DNA of 64,000 bases from an uncultured candidate division Zixibacteria bacterium (GTDB lineage Bacteria > Zixibacteria > MSB-5A5 > UBA10806 > 4484-95): NCBI GenBank assembly GCA_963668625.2, contig CAXXKA010000001.1, forward strand, positions 448,001 through 512,000, read 5' to 3'. Below, one piece after another: positions 40,032 to 49,772 of the stretch (positions are counted from its first letter, which is position 1; each line of letters opens with the position of its first letter). The notes beneath the pieces are model-generated. The model was not told where the DNA came from. It searched no databases and saw only the letters and a list, made by a program, of their open reading frames with translations. A program made the position numbers and the translations under genes.

Positions 40032-40754
40032 TTAATAAACCCCTTTCATAATGCCAATCTGGAATGAGGTTGTCGATAAATCCATGTCGTAATGATCATC
40101 GCTAGCCGGCTGATTAACCTGGCTTACCGGCATATTGGCCTTGCCGAACGTCCAATCCGCGCGAGCGGTAATCCACCATTTCGGCATGATACGGTATTCG
40201 AGACCGGCCGCGAAATTGCCGGCAACCGCAGTTTTGGTATGACGAATCGTGTAACCGATACGATGATCGAAACGGAGCGGGAAAACGGTTGCTCCTGCGG
40301 CTACGAAAGGTATCAGCGGTTGATTGCCGCTAAACTGGAAAATAACCGGTATGGAGAAACTGATAGCTCCAATAGTTAAATCCATCTCGATAGGGATGGG
40401 CGGCTCGCCGCTGACACTGAAATTCTGGTTTCTGGTTTTAGAGGATGTAAGGAAATCAACCTCAAAAGCGAAATAGCGGGAAAACCTGGAGCGTAAGCCA
40501 AGAGACAGACAAAAACTACCGCCGAAATCATCCATCGTTTCGGTGGAGCCGAACTCATCGGCATAAGCCTGATTGGCCCAGTCTACGTAATCATCAAAGG
40601 ATGGCCCATTGAGCCAGCCTATCGCCAGGAAAAACGAGCTTTTCTCATAGTGAAAAGATTCACCGTAAATGCTGCCTTGTTGAGCCATAGTCCGGGTCGA
40701 TAAAACAAAAAGCAGTGCGATAACTGCGACAGAGATTTTTAGTGTGTTTTTCAT
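40032..40754 (-). CDS. Outer membrane beta-barrel protein (OmpW/OmpA-like)
   Basis: Signal peptide; alternating amphipathic strands; PFVAAG, AGLEY. Confidence 0.7.
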   Translation of the reverse strand: MKNTLKISVAVIALLFVLSTRTMAQQGSIYGESFHYEKSSFFLAIGWLNGPSFDDYVDWANQAYADEFGSTETMDDFGGSFCLSLGLRSRFSRYFAFEVDFLTSSKTRNQNFSVSGEPPIPIEMDLTIGAISFSIPVIFQFSGNQPLIPFVAAGATVFPLRFDHRIGYTIRHTKTAVAGNFAAGLEYRIMPKWWITARADWTFGKANMPVSQVNQPASDDHYDMDLSTTSFQIGIMKGVY

Positions 40755-40913
40755 AATTCTTAATATCTGCCAGTTTTAGGGTTAATGTCAACATAAATCA
40801 TTTTTCTGTGGCGGCTTTATGACAAAATCCGTAAATGGATTGTATTGTCTTTAAGTATATAAACGCTATTAACGAAAAAATGTTCCGTTTTTTCATCGTT
40901 CGTTAAAAACGTC

Positions 40914-40941
40914 TTGACGATACACATAAAATCCATATATT
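40914..40941 (+). promoter_or_regulatory. Putative sigma70 promoter for tRNA-Phe
   Basis: TTGACG-N16-TATATT. Confidence 0.45.
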
Positions 40942-41026
40942 GCATCCTTGTAATCTTTGACACCTTAACTGGTTTGAAGGTTTACCGATAAGATAAATAT
41001 CCGTATCCAGATACGGACTTGCCTAA

Positions 41027-41099
<73 letters not shown>

Positions 41100-41225
41100 T
41101 TTTTTAAGCCGCTACAATATTATTGACAATTATATCATCATGTACTATTTATAATTAAGGTTTGTACCTCTTGTTAAGCCGAAGCCTTAATTCGGGTATT
41201 TAATATCTTAAGAAGGGAAGAGTTT

Positions 41226-42791
41226 ATGAGACGGATTGCTCTAATTGCAGTAGTGTGTGTCGCCCTGTTTGTACCGAATTTATCGTTTGCCTCAGATAGA
41301 GTAGTAGTCTCCGAGCTGTTTACCAATACCTCATGTTCAACATGTTTGGATGCTAATAATACCCTGGATGATATCGCTGATGATTTTCGCTACGGGTTGG
41401 CGGTTATTCGTTACCATACCTGGTGGCCCTCGCAATACGATCCGTTTTATGTTTTCAATCAGATCGAAAACACGGCTCGTGTCGATTATTACGATGTCGG
41501 CTATACGCCTCATTTTTTTACTGATGGCACGATTGACGGTGAATACCATTACAACGCCTGGCGGGATCAGATAACAACGGAGATCAGCGTAAGCTCGCCA
41601 TTGATCATTAACGAGACCGGAACTTATAATCCAGTCTCCAAAACAGGCACGGTTAATATCGAGCTTATTGCTACGGAAACTATCGCTGCTACCAAACTGG
41701 CGCTCAGGGTAGCGTTGACCGAGTCGAACATTTACTGGGCCGCGCCAAATGGCGGTACTTATCATGATCAAACATTCAGGGATATGATAACGAGCACATC
41801 CGGTATACCGATAACGATCAATCTTGGAGATACGCTCAATTACAGTTTGGATTTCGCCTGCCCTGCGCCGTTGGATTATACTAATTGCCATCTCGTAGCG
41901 TTTTTGCAATCCGATAGCGATAAACGAATACTGCAGGGGGCGCTATTATCGGTAGATAGAATGGAATACACCCTGGAGCCTTTTAGCCTCATATCTCCTG
42001 AAAACAATTCGATTCTTGAAGATTGTTACCCGGATTTTATCTGGGAGTCTACCGAGGATTCCGACTCGGGGTATGCTGTCGATTACCGGGTAATGATAAG
42101 CACCCGCTACGATTTTGCGGATCCCATAATGTCCAATCCGCAGAGCGATACTACCTGGCATTGCCCATTGTGCCTTCAAGGGGATACTACGTACTACTGG
42201 CGTGTCCTGGCCTCGACCGGGCATACGCCTGATAGATACAGCGAGGATATACATTCGTTTACGGTCGATCCGGGCGAGCTGACTATTTCTCCGCCTGGAT
42301 TGTTCGAAAATTACATGGTCAGTGGCAGTTTTAGTGCTTATGAACTCATTCTGAGTAATGAATCTTCCCTCGCGGTCGAATACCTGGTGAGTAATTCCGA
42401 GGCATTCGTGGAACTCGATACCGAATCGGGGATTTTAGGAGCGCAGCAGGCTGATACGATCGGTATCTCGCTATCGAGTGATGGCCTGGAGCCGGGGGAG
42501 TATTACGATACGGTTTTGATCGAAACCGATCATCCCGAGTCATCATCATTAACCGCGCCGATACAACTAACCGTCTATATTCATGGGGATGTTAACTGCG
42601 ATGACCGGATAATTGGCTCTGATGTTACCTACCTGGTGAATTATTTCCGGGCTATAGCAGCGCCGTTCTGCGATCCGTTCTTACGCGGTGATACCAATGG
42701 CGATTGCGCGGTAATTGGTTCGGATGTCACATTCCTGGTGAATTATTTTCGGGGAATATCCGGGGAGCCGCATCCCGGCGACTGCGAATGA
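41226..42791 (+). CDS. Omp28-like thioredoxin-fold secreted protein with Fn3/Ig domains and C-terminal dockerin-like module
   Basis: ELFTNTSCSTC, YHTWWP..DPFY, YTP...DG; GDVNCD..GSDVTYLVNYFR / GDTNGDC..GSDVTFLVNYFRG. Confidence 0.8.
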   Translation: MRRIALIAVVCVALFVPNLSFASDRVVVSELFTNTSCSTCLDANNTLDDIADDFRYGLAVIRYHTWWPSQYDPFYVFNQIENTARVDYYDVGYTPHFFTDGTIDGEYHYNAWRDQITTEISVSSPLIINETGTYNPVSKTGTVNIELIATETIAATKLALRVALTESNIYWAAPNGGTYHDQTFRDMITSTSGIPITINLGDTLNYSLDFACPAPLDYTNCHLVAFLQSDSDKRILQGALLSVDRMEYTLEPFSLISPENNSILEDCYPDFIWESTEDSDSGYAVDYRVMISTRYDFADPIMSNPQSDTTWHCPLCLQGDTTYYWRVLASTGHTPDRYSEDIHSFTVDPGELTISPPGLFENYMVSGSFSAYELILSNESSLAVEYLVSNSEAFVELDTESGILGAQQADTIGISLSSDGLEPGEYYDTVLIETDHPESSSLTAPIQLTVYIHGDVNCDDRIIGSDVTYLVNYFRAIAAPFCDPFLRGDTNGDCAVIGSDVTFLVNYFRGISGEPHPGDCE

Positions 42792-42910
42792 GAATCAGTG
42801 CATAACGTTTTAATGACTGTCGTTTACAATCATATATCTAATTGAAACTATAAATCCGTATTTTTTGTTATATCATAATGAAAAGACAAACTAATTAGCA
42901 GGAGATGAAT

Positions 42911-43300
42911 ATGTCTGAATACAACTTCACTAAATCACTAAGCATATCGTTCGAGGACGCGCTCGTGCAAGTGCCGGAGAAACTGAAAATCGAGGGATTC
43001 GGAGTATTAACCGAGATCGATGTCAAAGAAACCATGAAGAAAAAGCTGGATATAGATTTTCCTCGTTACAAGATTCTCGGCGCATGCAATCCACCGTTTG
43101 CGCATAAGGCATTAACATCCGAGTTTGAAATCGGAACATTGCTGCCGTGTAACGTAATCCTGTATGAACGTGATGGTAAAACAATGCTATCCGTGATGAA
43201 ACCATCCGTTGCCCTGGGAGTGGTAGATAACATAGAGTTGAAAGGTATAGCGATGGAGGTCGAGAACAAACTCAAGAATGTTTTCGATTCATTAAATTAG
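42911..43300 (+). CDS. DUF302 domain protein
   Basis: GFGVLTEIDV, YKILGACNPPFA, LLPCNV. Confidence 0.9.
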   Translation: MSEYNFTKSLSISFEDALVQVPEKLKIEGFGVLTEIDVKETMKKKLDIDFPRYKILGACNPPFAHKALTSEFEIGTLLPCNVILYERDGKTMLSVMKPSVALGVVDNIELKGIAMEVENKLKNVFDSLN

Positions 43301-43309
43301 GCTGGTTTT

Positions 43310-43343
43310 CGAAAGGCGCGAGGTACAAAACTCGCGTCTTTCG
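43310..43343. terminator. Hairpin between convergent genes
   Basis: CGAAAGGCGCGAG...CTCGCGTCTTTCG. Confidence 0.7.
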
Positions 43344-43351
43344 TATATAGT

Positions 43352-43870
43352 CTACTCGAGTGGCCCTTTGATAAGCTTGATATCATCTACCCAAACAGTT
43401 CCGGTACCGTTAATGACTACATTCAGCTTTACGACCTGTGGATTTTGACCTTTCTCCAGCATGAAAAACGTAGTCTGGGTTTTCCAATCGGATGAACCGG
43501 AAGTCGGCGATGCCAGGTCGCGCGAGAAGAATTCACCGATGCCCTCGAATCCGCACCACATTTCCAGAAAAACGATCCCCCGGAAATCCTCGGTTTTAAC
43601 TTTTGCCTGGTAGGTAAGCAAGGCGTTCTCGACATCGATATCATTGAACTCGTACAGGTTTACCACTGAGCTATCGGCGTTGATTTTGATAGAGCCGTTG
43701 CCATCAGTAGAGACCGCCTGGTCGAATTCGATACCATCTTTGCTGATAACCTGATCGAGGTTATCGACGGGTTCGGACTTTATCGTCTCGATTGGTGTTT
43801 GGCCTCCGCAGTTGAATACGAATATTGCGAACGGAATAACTATTAGAAAACTTAAAAAAATACGTCTCAA
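43352..43870 (-). CDS. Hypothetical lipoprotein, jelly-roll/CBM-like
   Basis: Leader ending FNC; GTVWVDDIKL; GGAGG RBS before TTG. Confidence 0.7.
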   Translation of the reverse strand: MRRIFLSFLIVIPFAIFVFNCGGQTPIETIKSEPVDNLDQVISKDGIEFDQAVSTDGNGSIKINADSSVVNLYEFNDIDVENALLTYQAKVKTEDFRGIVFLEMWCGFEGIGEFFSRDLASPTSGSSDWKTQTTFFMLEKGQNPQVVKLNVVINGTGTVWVDDIKLIKGPLE

Positions 43871-43997
43871 GCCGGCCTCCTATTTTATTGATTATATCGG
43901 TGGCAATCGTAATTATAATAGCCCGGATGAGTACCTCACGAAGATGCGGAATCGTTATAAAACTACCTTCCGAAATCGACGATTGGCAATCAGTCCG

Positions 43998-44360
43998 TTA
44001 TTCGAGAGTTGCTTTGCCTTTGGCTTTTTCGACCGGATACTTGCGATTGTTCTTCTCCATTTTCATGGCAATCGCTTTTAGGATGTCGATATCCAGCACC
44101 TGAGCAATGCGTATTGAATAGATCAGGACATCGGCGATTTCCTCCCTGATTGCAATTATCCGCTCGGGAGAGAGGTTGTCTTTCGTGGACTGCTCCGGTG
44201 TAAGCCATTGGAAAATCTCCATTAGCTCGGAGGCCTCCACCGCTAAAGCCATACTCAGGTTTTTGGGTGTATGATATTGTTCCCAGTCGCGTTCTTTGCT
44301 GAAAGCTGCAATATCCTCTAATAGTTTATCGAGATCGTAATTACTCCGGTCGCCCATCAA
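43998..44360 (-). CDS. MazG-like nucleotide pyrophosphohydrolase
   Basis: ERDWEQYHTPKNL, EASELME, EEIADV, KYPV. Confidence 0.92.
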   Translation of the reverse strand: MMGDRSNYDLDKLLEDIAAFSKERDWEQYHTPKNLSMALAVEASELMEIFQWLTPEQSTKDNLSPERIIAIREEIADVLIYSIRIAQVLDIDILKAIAMKMEKNNRKYPVEKAKGKATLE

Positions 44361-45633
44361 TAAAAGTCCTTATCGCATTTATAGTGTATTCCAGTTGCTC
44401 TTGTTGATGCGCTGTGCTGACAAACCAGGCCTCGTAACCGGAGGGCGGTAGATAAACACCGCGATTTAACATATGCGTGAAAAATTCGGAATACATATTC
44501 ATGTTAGCCTTGTTCACCGAATCGAAATCGTATATATCGTGACCGGCAAAGAATAACGTAAACAGGCTTTCAACTTTACTTAGCCTGATATCGATATCGG
44601 ATTTATCGAACAGACTCGTTATCTCGCCGGTTAAATCATCAGTGTATTGCTTTAGATAAGTATACACTCTATGATCATCCAGAGATTTCAGAGTCTCGAT
44701 ACCCGCAGCCGTAGAAAGGGGATTACCGGAAAGCGTGCCGGCCTGATATACGGGACCCTCGGGTGCAAGATAATCCATGATATCGGCATTGCCGCCAACT
44801 CCACCGATAGGCATACCGCCACCCAGGATTTTACCCAGGCAAACCAGATCAGGTTTGATATCGAAAAGCTCGGCGGCTCCTCCTCGGGCAACACGGAAAC
44901 CGGTGATTACCTCATCGAAAATTAACAGGGCTTTATGTTCTCGGGTTAAATCTCGCAATCCTTGAAGGAAACCGGGGGTAGGCGGGATAACTCCCATGTT
45001 GGCGGCAACCGGTTCTACTATCACCGCCGCTATATCGTTGCCTTTTTCGGCGAAACACTGTTTTACTTTTTCGATATCGTTATAAGGCAGAGAGAGAGTT
45101 GCCTCGGTTACTTTTTCGGGAACGCCTCCGCTTGCCGGCAAACCGCCGGTCGCCAATCCAGAACCCGCTTTGACCAGGAAAGCATCCGAATGACCATGAT
45201 AGCCGCCATCGAATTTTACCACCAGTTGACGGCCGGTTGCGCCGCGAGCAAGCCTGATCGCGGTCATGCAGGCCTCGGTGCCCGAGCTCACCGTACGCAG
45301 CTTCTCCACCCAGGGCATTAGCTCGTTTACGATCATCGCCAGTTCCAGTTCGGCTTTAGTCGAGGCGCCGAATGAACTGCCTTTTAAAGCCGCTTTCGTG
45401 ATAGCCTCGATAACCGGCTTGTGAGCATGCCCTAATATCAAAGGCCCCCATGACATTACATAATCGGTGAATCGATTGCCATCGATATCGTACAAGTACG
45501 CGCCCGTGCCTTTATCGACTATAAATGGCTTGCCGCCTATCGATTTGAACGCGCGTACGGGGCTGTTGACCCCACCGGGAATGTATTGCTGAGCTTTATC
45601 GAATATTTCGGATGATTTTTTATTCTTTATCAT
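44341..45633 (-). CDS. hemL: Glutamate-1-semialdehyde 2,1-aminomutase
   Basis: PGGVNSPVRAF, SGTEA, FDEVITGFR, LGKILGGG, YQAGTLSGNP. Confidence 0.97.
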   Translation of the reverse strand: MIKNKKSSEIFDKAQQYIPGGVNSPVRAFKSIGGKPFIVDKGTGAYLYDIDGNRFTDYVMSWGPLILGHAHKPVIEAITKAALKGSSFGASTKAELELAMIVNELMPWVEKLRTVSSGTEACMTAIRLARGATGRQLVVKFDGGYHGHSDAFLVKAGSGLATGGLPASGGVPEKVTEATLSLPYNDIEKVKQCFAEKGNDIAAVIVEPVAANMGVIPPTPGFLQGLRDLTREHKALLIFDEVITGFRVARGGAAELFDIKPDLVCLGKILGGGMPIGGVGGNADIMDYLAPEGPVYQAGTLSGNPLSTAAGIETLKSLDDHRVYTYLKQYTDDLTGEITSLFDKSDIDIRLSKVESLFTLFFAGHDIYDFDSVNKANMNMYSEFFTHMLNRGVYLPPSGYEAWFVSTAHQQEQLEYTINAIRTFIDGRPE

Positions 45634-45638
45634 TAGTA

Positions 45639-46610
45639 CTATCCTAACCAACCGGCCGCATCGAGAGCATGGTAAGTTATGATGATATCAGCTCCGGCCC
45701 GTTTTATCGAGGTGAGAATCTCTAGCGCCAGGCTGCGTTCATCACCATAACCTTCTTTCGCCATTAGCTTGACCATAGCGTATTCGCCGCTGACATTGTA
45801 GGCGGCTATTGGCATATCGAAACGCTCTTTAGCTTTAGAGATAATATCCAGATACGAAAGCGCCGGTTTAACCATGACGATATCTGCTCCCTCGGCTATA
45901 TCCATGCTGATCTCGCGAATAGCCTCGATGGCATTGGCCGGGTCCATCTGGTACGATTTGCGATCGCCCGATTGCGGCGCGGAGCCGGCCGCCTCGCGAA
46001 ACGGCCCGTAGAAAGCCGAGCAATATTTCGCCGAGTACGACATGATAGCGGTATCCTTGAAACCGTTTTTATCGAGATCCGCCCTTATTGCCTGCACGCG
46101 GCCGTCCATCATATCGGAAGGTGCGATGATATCGGCTCCGGCTAATGCAAGGCTGCTGGCCTGACGGCTCAGTACGTAGATCGTGGCGTCATTATCAACT
46201 ACGCCGTGATTGAATATACCACAGTGGCCGTGATCGGTGTACTCGCACAGGCAAACATCGGCAGCGATTATAATCTCTGGCACTTTGTTTTTTATTTCCT
46301 GTATAGCCTGTTGTACTATGCCATCCGGTTTGAAAGATTCCGAACCGGTGGCGTCCTTCTTGACTGGTATGCCGAAAAGTATCACGCCGGGTATACCCAG
46401 ATCGAAAGCACGTTTGGCCTCCTTACCCGCCTGCTTGACCGGATAGCGCATGATACCCGGCATCGATTCGATGGGCTCGGGCTGACTCGCGGTCGCGCTA
46501 ACGAAAATCGGGTAGATGAAGTTTGAGGGGTGAAGTCTCGTCTCGCGAACCATGCTCCTCATGGTCTCACTGACTCTCAATCGTCTCGGCCTGCTTATTG
46601 GAAATCTCAT
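45639..46610 (-). CDS. hemB: Porphobilinogen synthase
   Basis: DVCLCEYTDHGHCG, PSDMMDG, MVKP, AYNVSGEY. Confidence 0.97.
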   Translation of the reverse strand: MRFPISRPRRLRVSETMRSMVRETRLHPSNFIYPIFVSATASQPEPIESMPGIMRYPVKQAGKEAKRAFDLGIPGVILFGIPVKKDATGSESFKPDGIVQQAIQEIKNKVPEIIIAADVCLCEYTDHGHCGIFNHGVVDNDATIYVLSRQASSLALAGADIIAPSDMMDGRVQAIRADLDKNGFKDTAIMSYSAKYCSAFYGPFREAAGSAPQSGDRKSYQMDPANAIEAIREISMDIAEGADIVMVKPALSYLDIISKAKERFDMPIAAYNVSGEYAMVKLMAKEGYGDERSLALEILTSIKRAGADIIITYHALDAAGWLG

Positions 46611-46614
46611 ATAA

Positions 46615-48150
46615 TCACCTGTTCGAATTCTTTTTTAGTTTATCGATAATTCCTGGAATGCTGTGCTCCTCGGCCTCCATCTTTACTTTCAAGCCTCGTT
46701 CGGCTAGACTTTTCGAGGTCATGGGGCCGATCGATACTATCGAGGCATCCTCGGTTAGTTCCTCGATTTCATCCTGGTTTAGCTGTTCGAATAAGCCGTT
46801 AATCGTCGAGCCGCTGGTAAATATGATTACATCAGGCGGGAAATCAAACAGCTTCTCTTTGAAACCCTCCGGCCAGGGTGGGTAGTAAGTCTCGTAAACT
46901 TTCAGCGGTATGACATTGGCTTTTGCCCGGGTCAGCGCTTCCTCGACCCGGTTATCACCGAGATTGCCTCGCACCCGAAGGATATTGCATCCAGCAAGCG
47001 ATAGATTTTCTACCATCTCTTTAGCTAAAACTTCCGTTGTTGCTTTTGATGGCACGAAATCGGCTTTCAGCGAATATTTCTTCAAAGCGCGAGCCGTTCC
47101 GTAGCCGACCGCAGCGGTTTTGAATTTCCCCAGCTTGCGGATATCGCCATAGCGATTGATGAACTGGTTCATGAAATAACGAACGCCGTTTTCGCTGGTA
47201 AACACCAGTCGGCTTTCGTTGGCCGATTCGAGTACTTTATCCACCTCGGCCCATTCGCCGCTATCGGTTTTTTTTGTAGCTATCGTCGGATAGGGTAGAA
47301 CCTCGGCACCGAGATCACGCAGGGTTTTATACATATCCCCGGCCTGGTCCGCCGGGCGAAGCACCATCACGCGGTTGCCCAGCAGAGGCCTTTCGATGAG
47401 CCATTCGAGATCGGGTTGCATATCGACGACATCGCCGATTATGAATAGCGCCGGCGGCCTGATTTTCTCCTCGATAGCCGTTACCACCAGTTCGTTCAGC
47501 GGCGCGGTGTATACCCGTTGCGTCGGGAATGTGCCCCGTTCTATCACGGCGGCCGGCGTAACCGGCGATATACCGCTGTCGATTAAAATTTCTACTATAT
47601 TCGCGAACTCGGCGACACCCATATAAATTACCAGGGTACCGTTTCGTATCTGTGCGAGTTTCTCCCAGGGTACGGACGATAATTCCTTTTCGCCGGCTTT
47701 GTGACCTGTCGCGAAAGTCACGAATGATGAGCGTTCGCGGTCGGTGCAGGGAATGCCCGTATAAGCAGGCCCGGCAATGCCTGCGGTTATTCCCGGCACT
47801 ATCTCGTAGTCGATACCATTCTGCCGAAGATAAGCCGCTTCCTCGCCGCCTCTGCCGAAAATCAGCGGATCGCCGCCTTTTAATCGAGCGACCTTTTTGC
47901 CGTCACCGGCCAACTCGACCATCAATTGATTTATTTTCTCCTGGGGAAGAGTATGCTTGCCTGCTTTTTTGCCAACATAGATTTTCTCGATATTATCAGG
48001 CAAACCGATAATGAGCTCGAGCGGGATGAGATTATCGTAGATAACAGTATCACAGGTTTGCAGCAGATTACTCCCTTTAAGCGTAATCAACTCCGGATCG
48101 CCGGGACCCGCGCCAATCAAATACACTATTCCGGTTGATATACCATCCAT
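46615..48150 (-). CDS. cobA: Uroporphyrinogen-III C-methyltransferase / uroporphyrinogen-III synthase fusion
   Basis: GAGPGDPELIT, RLKGGDP..FGRGGEE; HemD half with VFTSENGV and SIGPMT. Confidence 0.93.
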   Translation of the reverse strand: MDGISTGIVYLIGAGPGDPELITLKGSNLLQTCDTVIYDNLIPLELIIGLPDNIEKIYVGKKAGKHTLPQEKINQLMVELAGDGKKVARLKGGDPLIFGRGGEEAAYLRQNGIDYEIVPGITAGIAGPAYTGIPCTDRERSSFVTFATGHKAGEKELSSVPWEKLAQIRNGTLVIYMGVAEFANIVEILIDSGISPVTPAAVIERGTFPTQRVYTAPLNELVVTAIEEKIRPPALFIIGDVVDMQPDLEWLIERPLLGNRVMVLRPADQAGDMYKTLRDLGAEVLPYPTIATKKTDSGEWAEVDKVLESANESRLVFTSENGVRYFMNQFINRYGDIRKLGKFKTAAVGYGTARALKKYSLKADFVPSKATTEVLAKEMVENLSLAGCNILRVRGNLGDNRVEEALTRAKANVIPLKVYETYYPPWPEGFKEKLFDFPPDVIIFTSGSTINGLFEQLNQDEIEELTEDASIVSIGPMTSKSLAERGLKVKMEAEEHSIPGIIDKLKKNSNR

Positions 48151-48154
48151 GATT

Positions 48155-49066
48155 TTATCCTATTAAAGATTTAGCTCCCTGTTTGAACAGATATTCGGCA
48201 ACAGAACTAACGACCGGTTCATCGCTCGCTATATCGCTCGAATAACCTTTCGCCTCCAGACGAACTTTACCTGATTTATCCAATACTACAGCATTTAAAA
48301 CAAGCTCATCGTACACTATAGATGCCAGCCCGCCGACCGCCGCCGAGCAACCCGCGCCCAACTCGTGTAAAAGCATGCGTTCAGCATTAAGACATCTGTA
48401 AGCATGGTCGTTATTTATATCTTTAAGTAAATCGATGAGTTCATGGTCATCGTTACGCACCTGGGCAATGAGTGAACCCTGTCCCGGAGCCGGGATGAAT
48501 TCGTCAGCCGGCATAACCTGGCTGGTTTTATCGCTTAGCCCCAGCCGGTTCAGTCCCGCGGCGGCCATTATCAACGCATCGTATAAGCCATCCTCCAGCT
48601 TTTGCAGGCGGGTTTCGATATTTCCCCGGATTTCTTCCACGGCCAAATCTGGACGGTTGCTTAGAAGCAAGGCTTTTCGGCGAGGTGAGCCGGTACCGAT
48701 AATCGCGCCATGTGGTAAATTGTCGAGTGTAGAATCCTCGCGACAGATCAGTACATCCTCGACCGCTTCTCGCTGCGGCACCGCGCCTATGGTCAAACCG
48801 TCTGTCATTATCGAGGGTAAATCTTTGGCGCTGTGCACGGCTATATCGATATTTTTCTGCAATAATTCGGTTTCGATTCTTTTAGTGAAAACTCCCGTGC
48901 CGCCGATAGAGGCAAGCGAGGATACTCGGTCTTGATCGCCTTTGGTGGATATGGTTACGATCTCGATATTGATATCCCCGGCGGATTTTTTCAGCAAATC
49001 GGAGATTGAGTTCGCCTGGGTCAGCGCCAGTTTGCTGGCCCGGGTTCCTATTCGAATTGTATCCAT
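48155..49066 (-). CDS. hemC: Hydroxymethylbilane synthase
   Basis: GTRASKLA, AVHSAKD, GTGSPRR, IRGNIETR, GAGC. Confidence 0.97.
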   Translation of the reverse strand: MDTIRIGTRASKLALTQANSISDLLKKSAGDINIEIVTISTKGDQDRVSSLASIGGTGVFTKRIETELLQKNIDIAVHSAKDLPSIMTDGLTIGAVPQREAVEDVLICREDSTLDNLPHGAIIGTGSPRRKALLLSNRPDLAVEEIRGNIETRLQKLEDGLYDALIMAAAGLNRLGLSDKTSQVMPADEFIPAPGQGSLIAQVRNDDHELIDLLKDINNDHAYRCLNAERMLLHELGAGCSAAVGGLASIVYDELVLNAVVLDKSGKVRLEAKGYSSDIASDEPVVSSVAEYLFKQGAKSLIG

Positions 49067-49737
49067 CAGTCTTTGCTATCTTGCTCCGGTAGTTCCAGCG
49101 TTCCCTCGGCCATTTGATCGATATGATTCTCGATTTCATTGGCTTGCATATCCTGCAGGATGGTTTTCCAATCGGCATTCAGGAAACGCTCGTAAGCTCG
49201 GATTTTTTCATCGGTGTTGCCTTTCCACAGATGTACTACTTTATTCCGATACTGCGAAGCGATATTCGCTATTTTCGTCCAGCGCTCGGGGAATACCGTT
49301 TCCAGTATTACTCGAAGCTGGCCGGCTAAAAACGGAGCTTTGCCATCGGTGGAGACCGATACAGTCAAACAATCGCGTCTCAGGATGGCGGGGAAGGTGA
49401 AATCACAAAGCCGAGGGGTATCGACTACATTAACCGGTACGTTCTTCGTATGGGCGTCATCGGCAACCTGCTCGTTTAATTTCATATCGTTGGAGGCGGC
49501 AATCACGACATCATATTTTGAGGCCTCGGGCGATTTATATGATCGCTTTTCCAGCTTGATGAATTTCCTCTCGGCGAAATAATCTATTTGCTGTTCGACT
49601 TCCGGCGCTATAACCGTTATCTTGCAGCCATAATCCAAAAGCGTGTTAATCTTTCTCAATGCTACTTTGCCGCCACCGACTATCAGGCAGCTCTTGTCCT
49701 GCATTTTAAGGTTTACTGGAAGGAAATTATGTCCCAT
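49066..49737 (-). CDS. Precorrin-2 dehydrogenase / sirohydrochlorin ferrochelatase (SirC/Met8p/CysG-N)
   Basis: GGGKVALRK, VNVVD.P.LCDFTFPA, VSTDGKAP. Confidence 0.9.
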   Translation of the reverse strand: MGHNFLPVNLKMQDKSCLIVGGGKVALRKINTLLDYGCKITVIAPEVEQQIDYFAERKFIKLEKRSYKSPEASKYDVVIAASNDMKLNEQVADDAHTKNVPVNVVDTPRLCDFTFPAILRRDCLTVSVSTDGKAPFLAGQLRVILETVFPERWTKIANIASQYRNKVVHLWKGNTDEKIRAYERFLNADWKTILQDMQANEIENHIDQMAEGTLELPEQDSKD

Positions 49738-49772
49738 GACAATGACTCCGGTTTATAATTGAAAAAACAATA

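Noticed and set aside
41320-41350. Selenocysteine in the Omp28-like CxxC
   Set aside because: Both positions are TGT Cys codons; no in-frame TGA
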